32,000 nucleotides of DNA, from positions 60,001-92,000 of the forward strand of contig JAFGBS010000034.1 in assembly GCA_016933055.1 (NCBI GenBank). Reading direction: 5' to 3'. Numbering within the stretch: the stretch's first letter is position 1; every line of letters begins with the position of its first letter. This document shows positions 18,121 through 26,017 of this stretch, in pieces. Origin of the DNA: Promethearchaeota archaeon. GTDB lineage: Archaea > Asgardarchaeota > Lokiarchaeia > Sigyniarchaeales > Promethearchaeaceae. The position numbers were made by a program, and so were the translations under genes. The notes under the pieces were generated by a model. It had not been told where the DNA came from and did not search any database. It was given only the letters and a program-made list of their open reading frames with translations.

Positions 18121-19644
18121 CTAATTAGTTAGATCAATCAATATACCATATATGTCATTTACATTGGTTCCCGTTTGCCCTATTTCTATTGCATCTTCCA
18201 ATTGCTTAAAGAACGAATAGGAATCATTTTCTGAGAGATATTTAGAAATTTCCAAGTCATTGTTCTTTACTTCCTTAAGAGTATCTGTATCGATAATCGC
18301 ACCAGCGGAGGGCGAATTTCCCTCAATTCCATCAAACGCCATTGATAGTACAGCAATATTGAAATTTGGTATAGCCGTCCCATTTAATTCTTCCAAAAGC
18401 GCCAGTAACATTTCTTGGTTTCGACCGCCCTTTCCCTCTCCTTTAACCGTTACCGTGCATTCTCCACTGTTTAGGAAATACAATTTCCTCTTTATTTGCT
18501 CTTGAGAAAACCTGTCAGATAAAATCAATTCTGCAAGTTTTTTCCCCATTGCTTTCGCTTCTCCAAATAATTCTGGGGATAGTAAAGCACGACTTTCATT
18601 ATATCCTTGATTTTCAATGAAATTCCGAATTTCGTTAACAGCTGTGGTTGCAGATCCAATCACCAAATTAGTGATTTTTGAAAAAATCGGATTATTTTGC
18701 TTTGGGGTTTCGCTTAATAATCCGTTTACTCCTTTTCGCAATACGACACGAACGGATTCTGGAACCATATGCACAATGCGATATTTTTCGATAATTTGCC
18801 ATGAAATATTATAAGTACTTGTATCATAGGTAGTAGGACCCGATGCAATAGAATCTATTGGATCTCCTCGTACATCTGAGAGTATCAAACTCACCGCGGT
18901 GCGTGGATGAATAATCCTTGCCAGTTGACCTCCTTTAAAATCAGAGATATGCTTTCTAACCGCATTGATCTCAATTATATTTGCTCCGCTTTCTAACATA
19001 ATAGAGTTTAAGGATTTCAAGGCTGCAATCGTAATCGGTTTTTTTGGGAGAGGCATTAATGCAGAACCTCCACCACTGATAATTACGAGAACTAAAGTAT
19101 CTAGATCTGCTGAACTTGCTAATTTCATTATCCGCTTGGTTCCCTTAATACCATCTTCGTCAGGAATGGGATGAGATGCATATACAATATCAATCTTGCT
19201 GTGAATTCCAGAATCGGATGTATATACGATATGTTCTCCCCAAAGTTCTTCTTGACCCTTAGGTATATTGATACTTCCATAACAAGGCAAAATGTTACCC
19301 ACTTTGGTCAAGACTGCTTTAACAAGACCTGCAGTTGCTTTTCCACCACCTATTATTAGAATTTTCGAATATCGGAGTAAATCATATCGTATGGATTGGG
19401 TAGTTAAACGACTCGAAATCTTCAATTCGGTCCCATTTACGAAAACTGAGTTCTCTATTAATCGATCTGGCATTACTGCTTGTAAACCTTGTATAAATGC
19501 CTTAAGAAGATCCTCACGCATCTGCATGGATTTAGCACTTTTTCCATTTTTTTTTAGTCGATCAAATTCCACTTGTATATTTTTCATCTGAATTTTTGGT
19601 TTTTCCATTCCTTTGACTTCCATAGTTTCTAAATAGAATTTCAC
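18121..19644 (-). CDS. Glycerate 2-kinase (class II, GckA/TtuD/MOFRL family)
   Basis: IIGGGKA, ASHPIPD, ISGGGSAL, INAVRKHISDFKGGQLA, SDVRGD...IASGPT, GECTV..GKGGRNQE, DGIEGNS, GQTGTNVND. The start may be ATG 19623 or 19608 instead of GTG 19644. Confidence 0.92.
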   Translation of the reverse strand: MKFYLETMEVKGMEKPKIQMKNIQVEFDRLKKNGKSAKSMQMREDLLKAFIQGLQAVMPDRLIENSVFVNGTELKISSRLTTQSIRYDLLRYSKILIIGGGKATAGLVKAVLTKVGNILPCYGSINIPKGQEELWGEHIVYTSDSGIHSKIDIVYASHPIPDEDGIKGTKRIMKLASSADLDTLVLVIISGGGSALMPLPKKPITIAALKSLNSIMLESGANIIEINAVRKHISDFKGGQLARIIHPRTAVSLILSDVRGDPIDSIASGPTTYDTSTYNISWQIIEKYRIVHMVPESVRVVLRKGVNGLLSETPKQNNPIFSKITNLVIGSATTAVNEIRNFIENQGYNESRALLSPELFGEAKAMGKKLAELILSDRFSQEQIKRKLYFLNSGECTVTVKGEGKGGRNQEMLLALLEELNGTAIPNFNIAVLSMAFDGIEGNSPSAGAIIDTDTLKEVKNNDLEISKYLSENDSYSFFKQLEDAIEIGQTGTNVNDIYGILIDLTN

Positions 19645-20009
19645 TAATACGGATTTATCGATTCATTATTTTATATCTTCATTGGTTGCAATATTGCATC
19701 CATAAGGACCCTTGAAAGTAATAAAATTTCATATAGTTCCCGCATTTTATCTGATTCATTCTATTTTTTTGTTCAGTATTCTAAATAATGAATTTTTATA
19801 GCTTTTTTTTAATCCTACTCTTTTTTTCCTTGGATTACAGTTATAAAGATCATTCCTTCGGCAATAATTTTTTCCTTTATAATACCGTAATTCCTATCAT
19901 TCACTTTTTTTTAACACAAAAAGTTTTAAAAAACTAAAATTAAAATGAATCTGATCCTCAAGGATTGTACTAAAATCTATGATAAATCCTTATTTTACAA
20001 AAATAAAAA

Positions 20010-20537
20010 GTGAAAAAAACTATGCCAGAAATCACATGGTTTACCGAAAGCGATTTAAAAGGTAAAAATGAAGAATATTTGAAGAAATTTGACGCCAAGA
20101 GCGTTGATGGAGCTAAGGACACTGTTCTTTTTTATCTTGGATTCTCCGAGGCTCTCGCGATGAGTCAAGCCTCTGATGATGAAGATAAACAAGAGTTAGC
20201 TGAAATTATTAATGATGATGTAGAAGAGTACGAAAGCTTAGCGTACTTCATTGAGGTACGTGGGAATCCCGATCAGAAAGTGTGTATGCTCTTGACTGCT
20301 GACGATAAAAAAATTGGTAAATGGACAGGCGATTTTGAACCACTTTCAGAGGCGAAGCAAAATGTGTATATGGAAATGGTTCCCAGCTGTAGTGAAAAAA
20401 TAGCTTATGGAAATCCAAATACGGATGCAGAATTCTTCAAGGGAGACCTAACCGTTAAGGGACCTTTAAAATTAGCGACAAAACCACGATCTTGGATTGA
20501 AGCTTATTTCGAATTCAATGATCGAGAGATTGATTAA
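20010..20537 (+). CDS. SCP2 (sterol carrier protein-2)-like lipid-binding domain protein
   Basis: C-terminal AEFFKGDLTVKGPLKLATK matches the SCP2 pattern AFxxGKLKVxGDxxLAxK; acidic protein. Alternative start at ATG 20022. Confidence 0.55.
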   Translation: MKKTMPEITWFTESDLKGKNEEYLKKFDAKSVDGAKDTVLFYLGFSEALAMSQASDDEDKQELAEIINDDVEEYESLAYFIEVRGNPDQKVCMLLTADDKKIGKWTGDFEPLSEAKQNVYMEMVPSCSEKIAYGNPNTDAEFFKGDLTVKGPLKLATKPRSWIEAYFEFNDREID

Positions 20538-20702
20538 AATATCAATTTTTCTTTAACCTTATTTTCTTATTTTTTTAGAGATCTACATATATACTCTGAA
20601 TATACATATTGTGTATTCTGATTGATTATCGAGTATGGAGAGTTGGATTCGATATTATAAAAATCAAAAATTAATCCCCAACATCAAAATGTTGTGAAAT
20701 CA

Positions 20703-20978
20703 ATGGTAAAATTTAAAAAATCAAAACCAACAGAGAAAGAATTACAAGCACTAGGTGTAAAAAAATGGCCAAAATGGAGCAGCCCTCCACCTCCCGGCTT
20801 CGATTGGGAATATGATGGTAAAGAGATCTTTTATGTTCTTGAGGGGGAAGCAGAAATTGATTCCGAGGGTGATAAAATTAGCTTTGGACCAGGTGATCTG
20901 GTGACTGTGTTACCCGAAACCGGAAAATGCCATTGGACGGTAAAAAAACAAATAAAAAAGCATTACAATTTTGAATAA
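20703..20978 (+). CDS. Cupin domain protein (DUF861/Cupin_3-like)
   Basis: LGVKKWPKW...FDWEYDGKEIFYVLEGEAEI...FGPGDLV...CHWTVKKQIKKHY. Confidence 0.8.
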   Translation: MVKFKKSKPTEKELQALGVKKWPKWSSPPPPGFDWEYDGKEIFYVLEGEAEIDSEGDKISFGPGDLVTVLPETGKCHWTVKKQIKKHYNFE

Positions 20979-20999
20979 GAGCATTGTACATCATATTTT

Positions 21000-22304
21000 T
21001 TATTCCTTTTTTCTTGTTTTTTCACTTTTCATATACACGAAATGGTAATTCATGAGAATCCCAGTTATAACTACGCTAATCCCAATCAAGAAGAAAAATA
21101 CGTATTCAAATTGCATCTCATATAGAAATCCTGCAACTATAGGAGGGATGCCAAAGGCAATACCAACATACGCTTCGGATAACATGCTATACTTAGTAGA
21201 TTTCAATTCTTTTCCTTTATCGAGTACAATTCGTTGAGTAACTCCTTGAATAAAACCAAAGAAAAGACCACATGTGATGTTCAAGATAGAAATTGGAATC
21301 AAATAGGGTATTACGGAAGTTGAGCTAAATATTGTCAATGTAATTGTCGTGCCGAATAAAATTACTATCGCAATCCAATATCCATAACGCATTTTCTTAA
21401 ATTTTCTTATGAATTGCAATCCTATCATCTGCAAAACTTGCTGGAATAAGACAATCCCAAAAATCCAATAGCTTCCTTGATTAGCTATTTCGAAAAAATA
21501 AGGAATTGTAAAACGATACATGGATTTTGTTGATGCAAAAAAGATGATCCCTCCAATACACATGATTAAGGGAACTCTGAATAGAGAATCTTCGGTATTA
21601 GTTTTTTCACTATAAGGGGCTTTATGCGGACTAAAATATTCGTCCCAGTCCTTTGGAGTTAATTTTAGACCATGAACGACAACCGCTCGGTTTTCACGTA
21701 GTATAAATCGTTCTGAGGGTTCGAACATAAAAATCACTGATGTGGATAATATTGCAATCGAAACCGAAATAATCATAGCGAAATAGTTATCAATGAAATA
21801 TGATAGCACATATCCCAAAGCAAATCCCGCAATTAATCCAAAATTCCAAGAATAATTAAAAGTTTTCAGAAAATCGATTTTCTTGTGGTCAGGATGATGT
21901 TTTTCCCATGAAGTTAAATAATTCCAAATCTGAGGCCAGAACGCCCCATTACTAAATCCTTCGACTGCTCGTATCAAAATTAAAGCAATCGGATTCCTAA
22001 TAGTAATACTTAATATAAGCATCACTGCACTTGTCGTCCAAGATGCAAGAATTACTTTTTTCATACCTAATTTACCAGAGAGATATCGTCCAAAAAAAGG
22101 ACCACCCACATAGATTATGGATGTGATAGCAGAAATTATTCCAATTAAGCTGGGATCCAGTTTTCTCTCAAATATTAAGTAGTTTGGCAGAGCAATATCG
22201 TAAATCGCATAAAAAAAAGTTCGTATAAAACTTAACATGAATAAGGGCCAAAAACGGTAAGATCTCTCTAGTTTTTGTGCATTTTGATGTTTACTTACTT
22301 CCAT
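21000..22304 (-). CDS. MFS transporter
   Basis: About 12 TM segments; motif A-like GRYLSGKLGMKK and RAVEGFSNGAFWP. Confidence 0.8.
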   Translation of the reverse strand: MEVSKHQNAQKLERSYRFWPLFMLSFIRTFFYAIYDIALPNYLIFERKLDPSLIGIISAITSIIYVGGPFFGRYLSGKLGMKKVILASWTTSAVMLILSITIRNPIALILIRAVEGFSNGAFWPQIWNYLTSWEKHHPDHKKIDFLKTFNYSWNFGLIAGFALGYVLSYFIDNYFAMIISVSIAILSTSVIFMFEPSERFILRENRAVVVHGLKLTPKDWDEYFSPHKAPYSEKTNTEDSLFRVPLIMCIGGIIFFASTKSMYRFTIPYFFEIANQGSYWIFGIVLFQQVLQMIGLQFIRKFKKMRYGYWIAIVILFGTTITLTIFSSTSVIPYLIPISILNITCGLFFGFIQGVTQRIVLDKGKELKSTKYSMLSEAYVGIAFGIPPIVAGFLYEMQFEYVFFFLIGISVVITGILMNYHFVYMKSEKTRKKE

Positions 22305-23083
22305 AACGTACGCTTCTCAAATTAAAATTGGTTTACTTATTATTATGAATTTTTAACTACCAAAAAATGAAATTAGTTTTGTAAATGCAATGCAAAAAAA
22401 TGGTCAACTTAAAATTTTGATAGTGATGTGCATGGTTTGATCCGATTATGTAAAGTTAACTTCTATGAAATTTAGGAAATTCATCGAAATTTAATGTGCT
22501 TAATGTGAACTAATATAATAGTGGATTATTGTCATTTAGGAGACATATTAGAATTCTTCATAGTAAATCACTTCAAAATTTAAATGATTTTACATTAAGA
22601 ATCTATTTTCTTAGCAGACTCTTGATTTGTAGGATTTTAACAAGAAAATGATCGATCTCTCAAAACCATTTTTACAATTTATTCTTATGAGCTGGCTAAT
22701 AATTCAAGCCAAATTTTTATGTTTTTTTTCAAAAAACTCGTCAATTTGTTTTTGAATTTTCCTCTCTCCCCATCAAAATTAACTTAAAAATTTCAGAATG
22801 GTGGGGATACTCGACAATTCCTTTAAGATTTTTTAAAATACTTAATCTTCTGTATCTATCATGAGTCTTAATCTATTCAACCGCTCTAATTCGCACTTTA
22901 ATCCTCTCTAACCTCATGGAAAAGGCAAAAAAGGTTTTTAAGTTCATCTTTCCTTATAGAATATAAGGAATGCAAAAGTCTTTTGGCCATATTACTTTCC
23001 TCCGCAGAAAATGTAATAAACAAACTTTTTTTGCATTCCTTCCTTCTTTTTTTTTATAAACTTATCCCATTACATGACTATTT

Positions 23084-23950
23084 ATGGATCTCGTGAAATC
23101 TGACGTCATTTCTTGCTCTCGTCGAACTGATATACCTGCTTTCCTAATGAACTGGATTCAAGAACAAATAAATCAACGATATGTTAAAGTTGTTAATCCG
23201 TTTAATCGATCGATAATTTCTATGGTCTCCTTGGATCCCACGGATGTTATAGCCTGGGTATGGTGGAGTAAAAATTTTGGACCTTGGATAGAGGTATTCA
23301 AGGAAGACCCACGGTTATTCACCCAATATCCGATTCATATTTTCAATTTTACGATAAATTCCGTTTCTGAATTAGAATCAGGTTTAAAAATACCCTTAAA
23401 AGATAGATTTGACCAATTAAATTGGTTAGTTTCTACTTTTGGGAGGCATAATGTTCAAGTTCGATTTGATCCTATTGTTTTATATGAAAAATATGAGAAA
23501 AATGGTATATATAGCAACTTAACTGATTTTGAACAAATAATAAGTTCCGTATCTAAAATAGGAATTAGGGAAATAATTTTTTCATTTGTTCAAGTGTATT
23601 CTAAGGTAAAGAAACGCATGCATCGTCGCGGTAAGAAAATTCTCGAATTATCAACAGAGCAAAAAAAAGAAGAATTAGGTTCTTTATTGGAGATTTGTAA
23701 TAAGTATGGTATTGTTATGAAGGCTTGTTGCCATCCTGACTTAGTTGGTTATAAAGGAATCCGACAGGCGCATTGTATTAATGGAGATCTGATATATGAG
23801 TTGTCAAAAGGCAAAATACAACTTCAAAAAGATAAAGGGCAAAGAAAAAGTTGCGAATGTCAGAAATCACGTGATATAGGGGGTTACACTGGGATTTTCA
23901 CGTGTAAACATAATTGTGATTATTGTTATGCTAATCCAAGCTGGAAATAA
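23084..23950 (+). CDS. DUF1848 family protein (radical SAM-like)
   Basis: ISCSRRTDIPAF, WSKN, RFDPI, CING, CECQKSRDIGGY and CKHNCDYCYAN motifs. Confidence 0.85.
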   Translation: MDLVKSDVISCSRRTDIPAFLMNWIQEQINQRYVKVVNPFNRSIISMVSLDPTDVIAWVWWSKNFGPWIEVFKEDPRLFTQYPIHIFNFTINSVSELESGLKIPLKDRFDQLNWLVSTFGRHNVQVRFDPIVLYEKYEKNGIYSNLTDFEQIISSVSKIGIREIIFSFVQVYSKVKKRMHRRGKKILELSTEQKKEELGSLLEICNKYGIVMKACCHPDLVGYKGIRQAHCINGDLIYELSKGKIQLQKDKGQRKSCECQKSRDIGGYTGIFTCKHNCDYCYANPSWK

Positions 23951-23960
23951 TGAGGAAAAA

Positions 23961-25346
23961 TCACAAATCTTTATAATCTTGAAAACCCCCCTCGATGATT
24001 TTCTTCATTTTTTTCAAAAATGCTTCACGAGAAGAATCATGATCGTCATGCGTATCATTAGATGCATTTTTTTTATGAATTTCAGAAGATTGAGTTTCTT
24101 GTATATTGTTCTTCGTTCTTTTAATTGATTGGAGTGTGTTTTCATGGATCTTTATTGGGATTTCATCAGTTGATCTAAGGGAGGGTGACACCTTTTCCAC
24201 TGTATTTATAAGAAGATTTTCCTGCTCTTTCTCCTCTTTAGCAGATTCCATAATGTCTTCTTTGATTCTTATATAATTCTCAAATAGTTCTATCTCACGT
24301 GGTCCATCATTTTCTAGTATGTTAAAAACTCTTTTCCAAATCTTCTTGGGTGTAGATTTCATTTTACGGTAGACATAAAACCGATCTCTATCGGATAATT
24401 CCTTTAATGCAACGGTGTATTTTTCACCCTCAGGGTCGTTAACAGATATATTCATATTACCAATAGAACCAAATAAATTAGTCATAGCAACCCAATGAAA
24501 AGAAAAACCGCATATTATTCTTGCTCCTTTAATAAATTCTGAGCGCAGTATTTTCATTTTTTTTTTCGCACTGGCTTGTTCGAGTTTACTTGATAATTCT
24601 TCCTCGGTGAAGAATAAAGCTCCTGTTCCATCCGGGGATGGTTGACTGATAAATTCGTACCCTAAAAGTGCCATAAGAATACGTATTTCGGGATTATGCT
24701 TGAATAGTCCTAAATGTTGAGACACCAGAAATTGATTGATTAAACCCCTGTTAAAAAATTCTTCATATAAATCCATAATGAGGTGATTTTTCGTTTGTTT
24801 GTGTTTTTGTTGGAACCCCCTGAGGACATTGTCTAATCCCAAATAGTAATTTTCCAATTCTTCTGTTCCGAGAGATTTAATATAATCTAAAAGATCATTT
24901 GGTGCAGCAGATTTCAATAGTAGATACTCTAATGCATATGCCCATTGGAACTCCTTTCGATCTTGGGCAGATCCGGATATTCTTGCATAATGTTCCCATA
25001 TTTTGGTGAGAAGGTTGGCAATTTTCTCATTGTGTAACGGATCTACTAGCATCAGGATAGAGCTTAATCCACATGCGTTGGGTAGTTGGAGAAAAAGAGG
25101 ATATTCCGTTCTCACTTGTTCATATTTACTATAATCCTTTTGTTTTTCGAGATACTCTTGAGCTTTTTTTTCGATTTTTTCCTCAGGTTCTTGACGTATT
25201 AAGTGTTCTACAGACTTTTTTGGTTCAGAGCTTTTTATTTCTTTTATCTTACTGAAATCATTAACGGCACTAGCAATTAGATCTAATTCTTCTTCATCTT
25301 TTTTAACTGGGGAGTTTTCAGACGACCCATTCTTTTTCTCATTCAT
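23961..25346 (-). CDS. Hypothetical protein with putative papain-like (C39-like) cysteine peptidase core
   Basis: Q87-LPNA-C92-GLSSILM, F-H284-WVAM and N-D304-P; charged low-complexity N- and C-termini. Confidence 0.55.
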   Translation of the reverse strand: MNEKKNGSSENSPVKKDEEELDLIASAVNDFSKIKEIKSSEPKKSVEHLIRQEPEEKIEKKAQEYLEKQKDYSKYEQVRTEYPLFLQLPNACGLSSILMLVDPLHNEKIANLLTKIWEHYARISGSAQDRKEFQWAYALEYLLLKSAAPNDLLDYIKSLGTEELENYYLGLDNVLRGFQQKHKQTKNHLIMDLYEEFFNRGLINQFLVSQHLGLFKHNPEIRILMALLGYEFISQPSPDGTGALFFTEEELSSKLEQASAKKKMKILRSEFIKGARIICGFSFHWVAMTNLFGSIGNMNISVNDPEGEKYTVALKELSDRDRFYVYRKMKSTPKKIWKRVFNILENDGPREIELFENYIRIKEDIMESAKEEKEQENLLINTVEKVSPSLRSTDEIPIKIHENTLQSIKRTKNNIQETQSSEIHKKNASNDTHDDHDSSREAFLKKMKKIIEGGFQDYKDL

Positions 25347-25432
25347 TATATCCTTCCTAGGATTTTATTATGTAGTAGAACGAAAATATCTTCTTTTATT
25401 AAATCTCGTTACTAGAAATAGAAAGACTTCTG

Positions 25433-25547
25433 TGGCGCAGACGAGGGGACTCGAACCCCTGAGGGCGATGCCCACCGGTTCACCAGTTCAGGTCTGAAGT
25501 AGGTCTAAAGTTCGAGACCGGCATCGTTGCCGCTTGATTACGTCTGC
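25433..25547 (-). tRNA. tRNA-Ser(CGA) with a 30-nt canonical intron and genome-encoded CCA
   Basis: Acceptor stem GCAGACG/CGTCTGC, discriminator G, CCA; anticodon stem CCGGT/ACCGG with loop CT-CGA-A[intron]A; long variable arm GGGC-ATC-GCCC; T arm AGGGG-TTCGAGT-CCCCT. Confidence 0.93.
25481..25510 (-). other. tRNA intron at position 37/38 with relaxed bulge-helix-bulge motif
   Basis: Removing CTTTAGACCTACTTCAGACCTGAACTGGTG restores a 7-nt anticodon loop; bulges AA|C and UG|A flank a 4-position central helix with one mismatch; outer helix UUUAG/CUGAA. Confidence 0.85.
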
Positions 25548-25568
25548 TTTGATAGTAGATCTTGACGT

Positions 25569-25832
25569 TTAAAAATCTTCCTCAGTATCTTCCTCTAACA
25601 ATCCGGTTTGTTTTAGAATATCTTTAATCTGGTCACTGGATTTCTTTACAAGGTTATTTTCTTGTAGGTTCAAAGTTTCGATGAGTTTATCCCCGAATTC
25701 TACGAGAGTTTTTATCGCCTGGCTGGAAAAATCATTCATTCGTTCAGTTGTTTCTTCACCGAAAATTCCTTTTATAAAATCTTGGAAAGAGTCATTTAAC
25801 TTTTTCAACATATCATTGGATTTCTCAGTCAT
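25569..25832 (-). CDS. Small acidic helical hypothetical protein
   Basis: 87 aa from ATG 25832 (GTGGGG upstream), amphipathic helices and acidic tail EEDTEEDF. The ORF-track start at 25880 is probably too long. Confidence 0.6.
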   Translation of the reverse strand: MTEKSNDMLKKLNDSFQDFIKGIFGEETTERMNDFSSQAIKTLVEFGDKLIETLNLQENNLVKKSSDQIKDILKQTGLLEEDTEEDF

Positions 25833-26017
25833 ATTATTCCCCACGGAAATCAAGTGGTATTTTTTAGTGTAACAACACACTGAACCTTAAATTGTTTTTT
25901 GAAATATGTGAACCAATCTGGAATGATACTCATGAATAGAAGTGAAGTCTTCGGAATCACCTTCTCATCATGGAATGAATCAATTTTTTATGGGACCATC
26001 TCGTCTATTAAATAAAG

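Noticed and set aside
22305-23083. Replication origin in the long AT-rich intergenic region
   Set aside because: No repeated ORB-like boxes and no cdc6/orc1 gene nearby; the two G-strings are isolated.
23961-25346. Calling the papain-like protein a UFSP (C78) orthologue
   Set aside because: It lacks the GWGC and DPH signatures; the motif order fits C39-like peptidases better.
25433-25480. tRNA 3' end as the attachment site of an integrated element
   Set aside because: I saw no second copy of the tRNA 3' end and no integrase in the window, and the flanking genes look chromosomal.
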